From an uncultured Bacteroidota bacterium (lineage in GTDB: Bacteria > Bacteroidota > Bacteroidia > Bacteroidales > UBA12481): a stretch of 64,000 bases of DNA. Position numbers and translations under genes: made by a program. The stretch is taken from the NCBI GenBank assembly GCA_903919065.1, contig CAIXHD010000345.1, positions 19,005 through 83,004 of the forward strand, given 5' to 3'. Below are positions 19,680 through 30,471 of the stretch, piece after piece (the first letter of the stretch is position 1; the number at the start of each line of letters is the position of its first letter). The notes beneath the pieces are model-generated. The model was not told the origin of the DNA and made no database searches. It saw only the letters and a list, made by a program, of their open reading frames with translations.

Positions 19680-20915
19680 ATGATGAACCATAAAGAAATC
19701 AGGATTGAAGATTACCGATACGAACTCCCGGAAGAGAGGATTGCAAACTATCCTGTAGAAGACAGAGACCTAAGCAAATTGCTGGTATACAGGAACAATA
19801 AGATCAGCCAAACACAATTTTCCAGTTTACCTGATTTGCTTCCAGCTAATTCAACCCTGATATGGAATAACACAAAAGTAATTCCAGCCCGGCTTGAATT
19901 CCACAAATCAACCGGTGCACTGATCGAAATCTTTCTGTTGGAACCTATGGCACCTTCATCCTATACCTCTATTTTCAGCCAACAAGGAGCTTGTCAATGG
20001 AAAACCATTATTGGCAACCAAAAGAAATGGAAAGGAGAAGCATTGGTCAGAACATTGGAAAATGAATCTAAAACGATCATGTTGTCAGCTGAATATGCTG
20101 TGGAGGATGAAAAAAGCCAAATAGTATTGAAGTGGACTCCTGAACATCTCACCTTTGCCAGAATACTTGAACTCTTTGGCAAAACACCAATTCCGCCTTA
20201 TCTCAGGAGGGAATCAACTGAGAAGGACCGAACACGCTATCAGACAGTTTACGCCAATTTTGACGGATCTGTTGCAGCCCCTACCGCCGGTTTGCATTTC
20301 ACTCAAGGACTGATAGATAAACTAAAACAGAAAAACATTTGCTTTAATTCAGTAACCCTTCACGTGGGATCAGGAACTTTTGTTCCCGTAAAAACGGAAA
20401 CTATTGGAGATCACACCATGCATTCAGAGACTGTGATCATTGACAAATCAACAATAATAACCCTCCTGAATACTGCGCCTGATCAACTCACCGTAGTTGG
20501 TACAACCAGCCTTCGCTCTCTGGAAAGTCTTTTTTGGCTTGGGCAGCAGATCATTCGGGACCCAAATGCTGATCCTGATCATTTATCAGTAGAACAATGG
20601 GAACCTTATAAGGACATTCCGGCTAAGGATACACAGCAATCACTTACTGCACTTATCGAGTATCTGGATAATCACAATGCTGATAAGATTCGGTTTAATA
20701 CCAGCCTTCTAATTGTACCAGGTTACAAATTCAGATTGGTTAACCGGTTGATTACCAATTTCCATCAACCATCAAGTACTCTTCTGCTTCTTGTCTCAGC
20801 GTTGGTAGGCGACAAATGGCGTGAAATTTATGATTTTGCAATGGCAAATGATTTTAGATTTCTAAGTTATGGTGACAGTTCCCTCCTGGAAATTCAATCA
20901 TTAAATAATGGATGA
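19680..20915 (+). CDS. queA: S-adenosylmethionine:tRNA ribosyltransferase-isomerase
   Basis: QueA-like motifs YELPEERIA, IPARL, PTAGLHFT, NFHQPSSTLL. ATG 19680 preferred to TTG 19638. Confidence 0.9.
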   Translation: MMNHKEIRIEDYRYELPEERIANYPVEDRDLSKLLVYRNNKISQTQFSSLPDLLPANSTLIWNNTKVIPARLEFHKSTGALIEIFLLEPMAPSSYTSIFSQQGACQWKTIIGNQKKWKGEALVRTLENESKTIMLSAEYAVEDEKSQIVLKWTPEHLTFARILELFGKTPIPPYLRRESTEKDRTRYQTVYANFDGSVAAPTAGLHFTQGLIDKLKQKNICFNSVTLHVGSGTFVPVKTETIGDHTMHSETVIIDKSTIITLLNTAPDQLTVVGTTSLRSLESLFWLGQQIIRDPNADPDHLSVEQWEPYKDIPAKDTQQSLTALIEYLDNHNADKIRFNTSLLIVPGYKFRLVNRLITNFHQPSSTLLLLVSALVGDKWREIYDFAMANDFRFLSYGDSSLLEIQSLNNG

Positions 20916-22806
20916 CCAAAGGTCTTTTTATCCGGATCATTTTGATCTGAAAAACTGGTTGCCAATCTCCTTAAAAGAGGTAAAAGATCGTGGCTGGGAA
21001 CAGTTGGACATTATTTTAATTACTGGAGATGCGTACATTGATCATCCATCTTTCGGAATACCTGTTATCGGACGTATTCTGGAAAGGGAGGGATACAAGG
21101 TTGCCATTTTACCACAGCCAAACTGGAGGGATGACCTCCGGGATTTCACGAAATTAGGCAAGCCCAGGCTCTTCTTTGGAGTAGCAGCAGGAAACATGGA
21201 TTCCATGATTAATCATTATACGGCTAATCGCCGGATACGATCGAATGATGCTTATTCCGTTGGCAACCAATCAGGTTTCAGGCCAGATAGAGCAGTGACC
21301 GTATATTCGGGTATTCTTCGGAAATTATATCCTGATTCAATTATCATTGCCGGAGGAATTGAAGCATCTCTCCGCAGGCTTACTCATTATGATTTTTGGG
21401 ATAATGAACTTAAACCATCACTTCTTTACCTGAGCGGTATTGATTACCTGGTATTTGGAAATGGTGAAAAGCCGATAATTGAGCTGGCTAAAAAGATTAA
21501 GGATGGTGCTTCAGCACAGGAACTGCAACAGACTCCACAAATTGGTTATTCAATTCCTGATAGTTTATCCATTCCGGATTGGGCTGATCGAAAAACCATT
21601 AATCTTAGTTCTTTCAGTGAATCTTTGAAAAGTAAAGAAAGCTTCGCTAAAGATTTCAAAATCATCGAAGAGGAGTCTAATACTTTAGCTTCCTCAAGGT
21701 TAGTACAACAGCATGGAGATAGTAATGTGGTGATTAATCCACCCTATTTACCTGCAACAACTGCTGAACTTGATAATTTTCACGATCTACCTTTTACACG
21801 GCTTCCTCATCCGCGTTATTGGAAAAAACCGTTGATTCCGGCTTTCGAAATGATTCGTTTTTCCGTTAATGTTCATCGGGGCTGCTTTGGTGGGTGTGCC
21901 TTTTGTACTATTTCTGCTCATCAGGGTAAGCATATCTCCAGCCGCAGTTTGAAATCAATAACCCGGGAAGTTGAAACAGTAACTAAAATGACAGGATTTA
22001 AAGGATATCTGTCTGATATTGGAGGACCATCTGCCAATATGTACGGGATGGAACCTTATAATAAAACCATTTGCCTGCATTGCAAAAAGCCAAGCTGTAT
22101 AAATCCAAAGATTTGCAAAAACCTGAACATCAGCCATAAAGAAATCAACAATCTATATCGTAAAGTCAGGGAAATTCCCGGCATCAAGAAAGCTTTTATT
22201 GGTAGCGGAGTGCGATACGACTTGTTTCTGAACGATAGAAGTAAGGAAGATAGCTCCCTGAGGGAATATCCTGGTGAATTAATCCGGTACCATGTATCAG
22301 GTAGATTGAAAGTAGCTCCGGAACATACACAACCCGATGTGCTCAGAACCATCAGGAAGCCGGGATTTGATAAATTTCTTGAGCTGAGAGCTGTTTTCGA
22401 ACGGATTAATGAAAAAAACAACCTTAAGCAAGAACTGATTCCCTATTTTATTTCAAGTCACCCTGGGTGTACTATTGAGGATATGGCTGAATTTGCAGCA
22501 GAAACCCGATCCTTGAATTTGCACCTTGAGCAGGTTCAGGATTTCACCCCCACCCCTATGACTCTTGCCTCGACAATGTTTTATACCGGTATTGATCCAT
22601 ATACTCTTAAGCCTGTATATGTTGCAACTGACCCATCAGAAAAACTCCTTCAACGAAGCTTTTTCTTCACCGCAATACCTGAGGAGAAACAAAAAATCAC
22701 CACGGCTCTTAAGAAGATCGGCCGCGAAGATCTTATCCCGAAGATTTTCGGCCGCCATACGTTAAAACATGTTAAAGGAAAGCCTACTGGTCGCCATAAT
22801 AAATAA
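20908..22806 (+). CDS. ygiQ: YgiQ-family (UPF0313) radical SAM protein
   Basis: N-terminal DIILITGDAYIDHPSFG. Radical-SAM cluster motif CFGGCAFC. 632 aa. 8-nt overlap with queA (ATGGATGA). Confidence 0.85.
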   Translation: MDDQRSFYPDHFDLKNWLPISLKEVKDRGWEQLDIILITGDAYIDHPSFGIPVIGRILEREGYKVAILPQPNWRDDLRDFTKLGKPRLFFGVAAGNMDSMINHYTANRRIRSNDAYSVGNQSGFRPDRAVTVYSGILRKLYPDSIIIAGGIEASLRRLTHYDFWDNELKPSLLYLSGIDYLVFGNGEKPIIELAKKIKDGASAQELQQTPQIGYSIPDSLSIPDWADRKTINLSSFSESLKSKESFAKDFKIIEEESNTLASSRLVQQHGDSNVVINPPYLPATTAELDNFHDLPFTRLPHPRYWKKPLIPAFEMIRFSVNVHRGCFGGCAFCTISAHQGKHISSRSLKSITREVETVTKMTGFKGYLSDIGGPSANMYGMEPYNKTICLHCKKPSCINPKICKNLNISHKEINNLYRKVREIPGIKKAFIGSGVRYDLFLNDRSKEDSSLREYPGELIRYHVSGRLKVAPEHTQPDVLRTIRKPGFDKFLELRAVFERINEKNNLKQELIPYFISSHPGCTIEDMAEFAAETRSLNLHLEQVQDFTPTPMTLASTMFYTGIDPYTLKPVYVATDPSEKLLQRSFFFTAIPEEKQKITTALKKIGREDLIPKIFGRHTLKHVKGKPTGRHNK

Positions 22807-22829
22807 ATTCGGACCCAAAACCTAAACTA

Positions 22830-24068
22830 ATGAAAGCACTCAACGCATTCGCAGGGTCCCTCCTTTTAATAAGTCAGATATATTGTAGTCCTGTTTTTTC
22901 TCAGGAAAGTATTCAGGAAAAAGCAAAAAAAATACATTTCGAGATTTATACAATTGATTCCCATAATGATACGCCTATGAGCTTTGGCGATCCAGAGTTC
23001 AATATGGGACAAAAGCATGATTATAAGAATGGCGGCAGCCGGATGGATTTTCCAAGAATGAAAGAGGGCGGATTAGATGGAGCATTTTTTGCCGTGTTTA
23101 CAGGCCAGGGTCCTTTAACTGATGAGGGAAGGCTAAATGCTTATAAAAGGACTAAGAGCACCTTTGATAATATTTACAAGACTGCTGCCTTGCATGCAGA
23201 GTTGGCAGGTATTGCGCTGACACCGCAAGATGGGTACCGTTTGGATAAAGAAGGTAAACTTTCCATGTTCATTGGGGTCGAAAATGGATATCCGATCGGG
23301 TTGGATATTACCAGAGTCCAGGAATTTTACAACCTTGGCACACGTTATATAACACTCTGCCACTCTAAGAACAATGATATCTGCGATTCCTCAACCGACA
23401 AAACAGGCCCGCTTCACAATGGTCTTAGTGACTTTGGGAAGCAAGTTGTGGCTGAAATGAACCGTTTAGGGATTATGGTGGATGTTTCACATATGTCTGA
23501 TAAATCCTTTGCAGATGTAATTGCTGCCAGCAAGACTCCGGTGATTGCCTCACACAGCTGTGCCCGGGCTCTATGCGATAATCCGCGGAACATGTATGAT
23601 GACATGTTGGTTAAACTGGCACAAAATGGCGGTGTGATCCAGATGTGCATACTTTCAGCGTATGTAAAAAATCCGGAGCCAAACCCGGCAAGAGACTCAG
23701 CGGAAGCTTTACTTCGTCAAAAATTCGGCGATTGGTCAAAATTATCACCAGAGGACCAGAAGGCGGCACGTGCAGAATACTCATCTGTCAGGAAGAAATT
23801 CCCTGAAAGATTAGCTACGGTAAGTGATATGGTTGACCATATCGACCACATTGTAAAAGTCGCGGGAATTGACCACGTCGGCGTGGGTACTGATTTCGAC
23901 GGTGGCGGTGGTCTGGCGGATTGTACTGATGCCAGCCAGATGGGAAATATAACTTTAGAACTTGTAAAAAGGGGCTACTCAAAGAAAGATATCGCCAAGA
24001 TATGGAGTGGTAATCTATTCAGGGTACTTAAGGAAGTGGAAAATTACGCTTCGAAACAGAAAAAATAA
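22830..24068 (+). CDS. Membrane (renal-type) dipeptidase, peptidase family M19, secreted
   Basis: Signal peptide. M19-like motifs DSHNDTP, VDVSHMSDKSF, ASHSCARALCDNPRN, GTDFDG. Confidence 0.85.
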   Translation: MKALNAFAGSLLLISQIYCSPVFSQESIQEKAKKIHFEIYTIDSHNDTPMSFGDPEFNMGQKHDYKNGGSRMDFPRMKEGGLDGAFFAVFTGQGPLTDEGRLNAYKRTKSTFDNIYKTAALHAELAGIALTPQDGYRLDKEGKLSMFIGVENGYPIGLDITRVQEFYNLGTRYITLCHSKNNDICDSSTDKTGPLHNGLSDFGKQVVAEMNRLGIMVDVSHMSDKSFADVIAASKTPVIASHSCARALCDNPRNMYDDMLVKLAQNGGVIQMCILSAYVKNPEPNPARDSAEALLRQKFGDWSKLSPEDQKAARAEYSSVRKKFPERLATVSDMVDHIDHIVKVAGIDHVGVGTDFDGGGGLADCTDASQMGNITLELVKRGYSKKDIAKIWSGNLFRVLKEVENYASKQKK

Positions 24069-24089
24069 GGCTAATTTTGCAGGCTTAAA

Positions 24090-24965
24090 GTGAAAGTGAT
24101 GCCTGCCAAAGTAAACCCGAAAGTTCAGGTTGCCCGGTTATCAGTATTGTCAAATTCATTTCTGATCCTGTTAAAGACATTCGCTGGTATCCTTAGTGGA
24201 TCTGTAAGTATTATTTCTGAAGCTATTCATTCCTCAATGGATCTTTTGGCTTCCATCATCGCTTTTTTTGCAGTTAGAATATCGGATCATCCGTCTGACG
24301 AAAAGCACAATTACGGACATGGTAAAATTGAAAACGTTTCAGGTGTAATTGAAGGGTTATTGATTTTTATTGCTGCCGGATGGATCATTTTTGAAGCCAT
24401 AAAGAAGATGATCGACATACAACCGGTAGAATCTATTGGTATCGGCAGCCTGGTAATGTTTATTTCTGCATTTGTGAACACTGTCGTTTCCCGCAAACTT
24501 TACAAAACGGCCAAAGAAACCCATTCTGTCGCGCTGGAAGCAGATGCACTCCATTTAAAAACCGATGTCCTTACTTCCCTTGGTGTAGCTATTGGATTGT
24601 TGTTGATGTGGATTACGAAATTGCACTGGCTCGATCCGATTATTGCCATATTGGTTGCACTTCTGATCATCAGGGAATCGTTTGAATTATTAAAGCGGGC
24701 CTTTTTTCCGTTGCTTGATGTTGCCTGGGACCAGGATGAACTGCATAAACTTAAAACAATCTTTACAGATCTGAATGTCAACCATCATGATGTTAAAACT
24801 CGTAGAGCCGGCAATTACCGGTTTATCGATTTTCACATTGAGATGCCACCTGATGTTCCATTTGAGCAGGTTCACGATTTCTGCAACCTGATTGAGGATG
24901 AAATTCACAAGACTTTTGAGAATGTTCAGATAAATATCCATGCTGAACCTATCGAGCATAAATGA
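24090..24965 (+). CDS. Cation diffusion facilitator (CDF) family metal efflux transporter
   Basis: Six TM helices. CDF signatures SEAIHSSMDLL and ADALHLKTDVLTS. C-terminal cytoplasmic domain. GTG 24090 or ATG 24099 start. Confidence 0.85.
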   Translation: MKVMPAKVNPKVQVARLSVLSNSFLILLKTFAGILSGSVSIISEAIHSSMDLLASIIAFFAVRISDHPSDEKHNYGHGKIENVSGVIEGLLIFIAAGWIIFEAIKKMIDIQPVESIGIGSLVMFISAFVNTVVSRKLYKTAKETHSVALEADALHLKTDVLTSLGVAIGLLLMWITKLHWLDPIIAILVALLIIRESFELLKRAFFPLLDVAWDQDELHKLKTIFTDLNVNHHDVKTRRAGNYRFIDFHIEMPPDVPFEQVHDFCNLIEDEIHKTFENVQINIHAEPIEHK

Positions 24966-26160
24966 AAACCGGACCGGGCGAATTATTACACGTCCCATCC
25001 TGATAGTCTCGCTGGTCAGTTTACTCACAGATATTGCCAGCGAGATGCTTTATCCCGTTATGCCAATGTTTTTGAAATCCATCGGTTTTTCCATTGTTGG
25101 AATTGGAATTCTTGAAGGGTTTGTTGAAGGCTTTGCCGGGATATCGAAAGGTTATTTTGGCAATCTATCCGACCACAGAGGCAAGCGGGTGCCATTCATT
25201 CGCCTTGGATATGCTTTCAGTGCTCTGGCGAAGCCTTTAATGGCACTATTTACATTTCCAGCCTGGATATTTGCTATGAGGACTTTTGAACGGCTGGGCA
25301 AAGGAATCAGAACAAGTGCGCGGGATGCTTACCTCTCCGATCATGCATTGCCGGAAACAAAAGGGAGGGTGTTTGGTTTTCACCGAAGCATGGATACAGT
25401 GGGTGCAGCACTAGGCCCTGTGATTGCACTGATTGTTCTATACTATCTTCCTGAAAAGTACCGTCTGCTTTTTATCATTTCGGTTATTCCAGGCATATTA
25501 GCAGTACTTCTTACTTTCTTAGTTAAGGATCAGGCAGCAAAAAAAGTCATTGGAAAAACCAAAATCTCATTTTTTGCATTTCTGGGATACTGGAAAAAAT
25601 CTGACAGTCATTACAAATATCTGATCGCCGGGCTGTTAGTTTTCACATTAATCAACAGTTCAGATGCGTTTATTCTACTTGGGTTAAAGCATAAGGGGTT
25701 TTCCGATACACAGGTTATCGGCTTTTATATTTTCTATAATATGGTTTATGCAATTACCAGCTATCCAGTTGGCTGGGCTTTTGATAAGATAGGAAAAAGA
25801 AGAATCATTGTCATCGGATTCTTCCTCTTTTCCATTTCCTACGGAGTGTTCAGCTTCACAAATTCCGTCACTATGTTGGTAATAGTATTCTTCCTCTACG
25901 GTATATATGCCAGTTGTACGGAGGGAATGTCTAAAGCACTTATTACGAATATTTCCGATAAAAAAGATACAGCCACAGCCCTGGGCTTCTATACCAGCCT
26001 GGCCAGCCTTTGTACTTTGCTGGCTTCCACAATAAGTGGACTATTATGGACTTTTTGGTCGCTGAAAGTTATGTTCATCGTGTCGGCATCGGGTGCCTTG
26101 CTGGTGACAATTTACTTTCTGGTTTATTTCAGGCTTTCGAAAAGTTTTATATCTAACTGA
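24940..26160 (+). CDS. MFS transporter
   Basis: About 12 TM helices with an MFS-like loop motif GNLSDHRGKR. Start overlaps the CDF gene by 26 nt. Confidence 0.75.
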   Translation: MLNLSSINENRTGRIITRPILIVSLVSLLTDIASEMLYPVMPMFLKSIGFSIVGIGILEGFVEGFAGISKGYFGNLSDHRGKRVPFIRLGYAFSALAKPLMALFTFPAWIFAMRTFERLGKGIRTSARDAYLSDHALPETKGRVFGFHRSMDTVGAALGPVIALIVLYYLPEKYRLLFIISVIPGILAVLLTFLVKDQAAKKVIGKTKISFFAFLGYWKKSDSHYKYLIAGLLVFTLINSSDAFILLGLKHKGFSDTQVIGFYIFYNMVYAITSYPVGWAFDKIGKRRIIVIGFFLFSISYGVFSFTNSVTMLVIVFFLYGIYASCTEGMSKALITNISDKKDTATALGFYTSLASLCTLLASTISGLLWTFWSLKVMFIVSASGALLVTIYFLVYFRLSKSFISN

Positions 26161-27112
26161 AAAGCTTGCCTTGCCAGGTATTTCTGGCCTCCATTTCCTT
26201 TTCGACTTTTGCTACTATCTCGAAATTTTTCAATCCCCATCGTTTTCCTGAAATAAGTTCCGGTGGAGAAGCTCCTGCAAACCTTTCAACAATTACTGAC
26301 GGTTTGAGCAATTCAAGAAAACGAATTACCAAATCAATATATTCATCAACTGAAAAAAGCACAAAATCTTCCGGAGTGTCAAGGAACTCACTCTCCATTA
26401 CAGTACCCCGGATTATCTGCAATTGATGAAGTTTAATCATATTGATCGGCAAAAGATTCAATTTACGGGCATGATTCAACATATCATCCTCATTTTCACC
26501 AGGCAGTCCCAAAATCAGGTGTGCTCCCACATGGATTCCTCGTCTGGAGGTTTGATCAACTGCATTTACACAGTCAAGATAATCATGTCCCCGATTAATT
26601 CTCAGGAGGGTTTTATCAAGGGTTGATTCAATTCCGTATTCAATTGAAACATAATATTGGGATGCGAGGTCTCTGAAGTAATCCAGCATGGGCTCATCAA
26701 CACAATCCGGACGGGTACCTACGACAATTCCCGAAATCCCAGGGCAGCTGAGTGCCTCATCATACAAACGGCTAAGTTCTTTAAGAGAAGAATAAGTATT
26801 TGTATAAGCCTGGAAATAGGCTAAATATTTAATATCCTTATACTTAGTTGAAAAAAACTCCATCCCCTGCTGAATCTGCTGACTGACCGGTTTAATAGGA
26901 GAACAATAGGCAGGATTAAATGATTTATTGTAACAGAAGGTGCATCCTCCTGTTCCTTTTGACCCATCACGGTTTGGACAGGTAAAGCCTGCATCAATAG
27001 ATAACTTCTGTACACGTGTTCCGAATTTACCCGTTAAATACCCTGACAAATCGTTGAAACGGCGATTGTGTCCCCAGGGATATGCTATACCTTGAAGGTT
27101 GTCGTCATTCAT
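26153..27112 (-). CDS. TIGR01212-family radical SAM protein
   Basis: CPNRDGSKGTGGCTFC cluster region and overall family-like layout. 319 aa. Confidence 0.8.
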   Translation of the reverse strand: MNDDNLQGIAYPWGHNRRFNDLSGYLTGKFGTRVQKLSIDAGFTCPNRDGSKGTGGCTFCYNKSFNPAYCSPIKPVSQQIQQGMEFFSTKYKDIKYLAYFQAYTNTYSSLKELSRLYDEALSCPGISGIVVGTRPDCVDEPMLDYFRDLASQYYVSIEYGIESTLDKTLLRINRGHDYLDCVNAVDQTSRRGIHVGAHLILGLPGENEDDMLNHARKLNLLPINMIKLHQLQIIRGTVMESEFLDTPEDFVLFSVDEYIDLVIRFLELLKPSVIVERFAGASPPELISGKRWGLKNFEIVAKVEKEMEARNTWQGKLFS

Positions 27113-27482
27113 TGATCACCAGAGTTGCAGTAGCCGGGTTCAGTGCAATTGGAATATTGTTGATGATGGCCGTACGGATTAATGTTTGAATGTCATGCTC
27201 ATGACCATGAGGGGTTTGCAAATCAACAAAAAATATCAGCTTTTCAACTTCATTCCCCAATATTTTTGCTGCCAGCAGGATATCTCCACCTTCAGGACCA
27301 TGACCAAATGATTCGATTTCCATTTCAAGAACAGAATTCAACAATCTTGAAGTGTTGGTTGTCCCGATCAGTTTATGTTTCATTAATTCCTCACGATTGT
27401 TCTTAACCCATTCAAGCAGGACATTCTTTCTTTCATTGTGCGCAACAAGTGCAATGGCCTTTTGGGTGGTTTGTGTTTTCAT
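27105..27482 (-). CDS. mgsA: Methylglyoxal synthase
   Basis: 125 aa. IALVAHNERK, GPEGGD and HGHEHDIQTLIR blocks typical of MgsA. Confidence 0.85.
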   Translation of the reverse strand: MKTQTTQKAIALVAHNERKNVLLEWVKNNREELMKHKLIGTTNTSRLLNSVLEMEIESFGHGPEGGDILLAAKILGNEVEKLIFFVDLQTPHGHEHDIQTLIRTAIINNIPIALNPATATLVINE

Positions 27483-27490
27483 AATTGAGC

Positions 27491-28582
27491 TTATTTTTTA
27501 TTATCGAATCCAAATGCATCCAACATTTTGTAAAAGATGTCGGTATTTTCCTGAATTCCCGAAAATTTTCCCGAAAAGGGGCCAAAGGAAAATACAGGTA
27601 CCATAACGCCAGTATGATCTTTAGTTGTGAAGCCTGCCTGGATTTCTCCAGTCTCCAAATTACCCCCATTTAAGCCAAGACCGCCGGTTTCATGATCAGC
27701 CGTAACGATAACCAGTGTTTCACCATTCTTTTCAGCGAAGTCAAGAACTTCCCCGATGGCCTTATCAAAATCCACCATTTCTGTGGCGATGTAATTAATA
27801 TCATTGCTGTGCCCACCCCAATCGATTTGAGAACCCTCAATCATCAGAAAGAACCCATCTTTATCTGAGGAGAGCAGACGAATGGCTTCATGAACAGATT
27901 CTGTAAGAAGGTTTCCTCTTCCATCCAGCCATCGTGGCTCATGCACAGAATCCAACAAGCCTGCAACCGGCCCCTGCTGAAGTTTTTTAATTTCATCAAT
28001 GTTAAAAGCAACACTATAACCCTTCTGGCGAAGGCTGGCAGTTAAATCAACACCATCCTTACGTTTCTTAAAATGGTTAAGCCCCCCGCCAATGAAAACA
28101 TCGATATCAGTTTTGAGGAAATCAGCAGCGATAATCTCATAATCATTCCGTGAAGCCTGGTGGGAAATAAATGAAGCCGGTGTTGCGTGGGTAATAGCGC
28201 AGGTTGCCACCATTCCTGTGGCTTTACCTTTCTCTTCTGCCCATTCCAGAATCGACTTTACCGGGTTACCTGCAGCGTCGACACCAATAGCCCCATTATA
28301 AGTTTTATGGCCCGTAGCCAATGCCGTTCCTCCAGCTCCTGAATCGGTTACATAAGAGGTTGAATAGGTCTTTGAGAATCCAATATTTTTAATTCTCTCA
28401 AGATTCAAGTGGCCACGATTAACTGTAAAGCCCGCATAGATTTGAGACGTTCCCATACCATCACCAATCATCAGGATGATATTTCTGACGGGCTTTTCAC
28501 CTTTTGGCAGTGGGGAAGAAAAACCTGTGATCGAAGCCGACAGCATCAACACAGGTAGAAAATAAAAAACTCTTTTCATCAA
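27491..28582 (-). CDS. Alkaline phosphatase (PhoA family), secreted
   Basis: Signal peptide. MIGDGMG, active-site region VTDSGAGGTALATG, DWGGHSND, ADHETGG. Confidence 0.85.
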   Translation of the reverse strand: MMKRVFYFLPVLMLSASITGFSSPLPKGEKPVRNIILMIGDGMGTSQIYAGFTVNRGHLNLERIKNIGFSKTYSTSYVTDSGAGGTALATGHKTYNGAIGVDAAGNPVKSILEWAEEKGKATGMVATCAITHATPASFISHQASRNDYEIIAADFLKTDIDVFIGGGLNHFKKRKDGVDLTASLRQKGYSVAFNIDEIKKLQQGPVAGLLDSVHEPRWLDGRGNLLTESVHEAIRLLSSDKDGFFLMIEGSQIDWGGHSNDINYIATEMVDFDKAIGEVLDFAEKNGETLVIVTADHETGGLGLNGGNLETGEIQAGFTTKDHTGVMVPVFSFGPFSGKFSGIQENTDIFYKMLDAFGFDNKK

Positions 28583-28621
28583 TGTTTATTATGAAGTTAA
28601 ACAATTCGAATGACTCAATGT

Positions 28622-29365
28622 TTATTTTTTATCATTGTCTTCGGGGGAATTATCAGAATTCTTTTTTTGTGGTCCCTCAATTTCATATTCATTCCATGGC
28701 AGATCGTCAACTGAGTCAGGCTCGCTCTCGGCTTCGTTTTCTGCTTCATTTTCAAATCCGATTCCCTGCCAAAATAAGCGGCTTCCCTTCGGTCCCTTAT
28801 TTCGATAGAACCAGGCTAACCCAACGCCGGTAATCAAGCCCGCAAAATGGGATTCCCATGAGACAGGTTCTTCCAAAGGAAATATCCCCCAGATCATGGA
28901 TCCATACTGAAAAGCAACAAGAAACGAAATGGCCATTAATCCCAGGTGCTTGCGGATAAGGCCACTGGCAAACAGGAATCCTGCCAATCCGTAAATGATA
29001 CCACTTGCACCAACATGATAGGAAGATCGTCCGATAAGCCAAACGATAATCCCCGAAAGCAAATAGCACACAATCAGAACCTTAAAAGAAAGATTCCTAT
29101 AGAAATAAAAGAGCAGGCTTGATAAGGCAAATAATGGAATTGAGTTTGCGACAATGTGTTTAAAACCTCCATGAATAAAGGGTCCGAAAAGAATCCCCTG
29201 CAGGCCTGAAATTTTGCGGGGCAATAATCCGGCGTAAACCAAGTCAAGTTTTAGGGACGTATCAACCAAAAAAATCAACCAGATTAAAAGAAGAAATACT
29301 CCCGGAAAGAACATACTAATATATAGTCGCTTAACAGCAATGTCCATTTTCCGTAAGTTTTGCAA
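28622..29365 (-). CDS. Rhomboid-family intramembrane serine protease
   Basis: Multi-TM. HxxxN-type FKHIVANS and catalytic GASGIIYGL with a downstream H. Start uncertain: the 29365 ATG overlaps the upstream gene by 35 nt, and internal ATGs exist at 29347 and 29314. Confidence 0.75.
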   Translation of the reverse strand: MQNLRKMDIAVKRLYISMFFPGVFLLLIWLIFLVDTSLKLDLVYAGLLPRKISGLQGILFGPFIHGGFKHIVANSIPLFALSSLLFYFYRNLSFKVLIVCYLLSGIIVWLIGRSSYHVGASGIIYGLAGFLFASGLIRKHLGLMAISFLVAFQYGSMIWGIFPLEEPVSWESHFAGLITGVGLAWFYRNKGPKGSRLFWQGIGFENEAENEAESEPDSVDDLPWNEYEIEGPQKKNSDNSPEDNDKK

Positions 29366-30377
29366 GCAAATCCGTAAACTGAATAATATCTTCTTCGGTT
29401 GTATCCCAGGAAGTCATCCAGCGAACTTCGGATTGGACTTCATCCCACACATAAAAGAAAAACTCCTTCTGTAAAGGAATTATCAGATTTTCAGGGATTA
29501 ATGCAAATACACCGTTTGCCTCTACCGGCCTGTTAATGCTGATTCCTGGAATCGACGCTGCTTTTGAAGCCAGCAGGAGAGCCATCCTATTCGCATGTTC
29601 GGCATTTCGTTTCCATAGCTCATTGGTCATTAAGGCATCGAACTGAGCCGCAATGAACCTCATTTTTGATGCCAGCTGCATGCTTTGCTTCCTGAGGTAT
29701 TTAAACCATTCCGTAAGTCCGGGTTTGAAGAAAAGTATTGCCTCACCATACATCCCTCCATTTTTTGTTCCGCCAAATGATAAAACATCAACTCCTGCAT
29801 CACGTGTCAAAGCTTTCATGGAGACCTTAAGCGCAGCTGCGGCATTGGCGATACGCGCCCCATCCATATGCAACAGCATACCGTTTTTATGGACAAAATG
29901 GGCAATCTCCCGTATCTCCTCCAAAGAATAAAGGGTACCCAACTCGGTTGCCTGAGTAATGCTTACCACTTTTGGTTGCGAGTGATGTTCAAAATCAATA
30001 CCACGGATATGTGGGGTGATAGATTCAACAGTGATCTTTCCGTTAATAGTTTCTACCGGCAAAAGCTTACAACCGGTGAAAAACTCTGGAGCACCGCATT
30101 CATCCTCCTGAATATGAGCAGACTCAGCACATATAATCGAGTTAAAGGATTGCGTAACATTCCTCAGTCCGACAACATTAGCAGCTGTACCAGTAAAAAC
30201 AAAAAACACCTCTGTATCAATACCAAAGTGCTCCCTGATCTTTGCTGATGCTTTCCTGGTATAGTCATCATCACCATAACCCACTGTATGACCAATATTT
30301 GAGTCAATTATTGCCTGCATAATTTCCGGATGCACTGCTGCATTATTGTCACTTGCAAATCCCCTGATATTCTTCAT
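29331..30377 (-). CDS. ltaE: Low-specificity L-threonine aldolase (beta-eliminating lyase family, PLP)
   Basis: N-terminus FASDNNAAVHPEIM and FGGTKNG (PLP-Lys region). ATG at 30377 (MKNIRGF) preferred over 30416. Confidence 0.8.
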   Translation of the reverse strand: MKNIRGFASDNNAAVHPEIMQAIIDSNIGHTVGYGDDDYTRKASAKIREHFGIDTEVFFVFTGTAANVVGLRNVTQSFNSIICAESAHIQEDECGAPEFFTGCKLLPVETINGKITVESITPHIRGIDFEHHSQPKVVSITQATELGTLYSLEEIREIAHFVHKNGMLLHMDGARIANAAAALKVSMKALTRDAGVDVLSFGGTKNGGMYGEAILFFKPGLTEWFKYLRKQSMQLASKMRFIAAQFDALMTNELWKRNAEHANRMALLLASKAASIPGISINRPVEANGVFALIPENLIIPLQKEFFFYVWDEVQSEVRWMTSWDTTEEDIIQFTDLLAKLTENGHCC

Positions 30378-30471
30378 TGCTATTCTCTTAAGCTGCAAAT
30401 TTAGCCATTTATCCATTTAAGCTTGAGGGAATATTCATATCTTGACCTCCATAATCGTAAATAACACCATT

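Noticed and set aside
22056-22421. Other antisense or alternate-frame ORFs of 100-143 aa (22056-22421, 29868-30248, 31738-32169, 33564-33974, 35215-35607, 55608-56027, 63127-63528, 24690-25028)
   Set aside because: Each lies within a strongly supported CDS on the opposite strand or in another frame, and shows no recognisable motifs.
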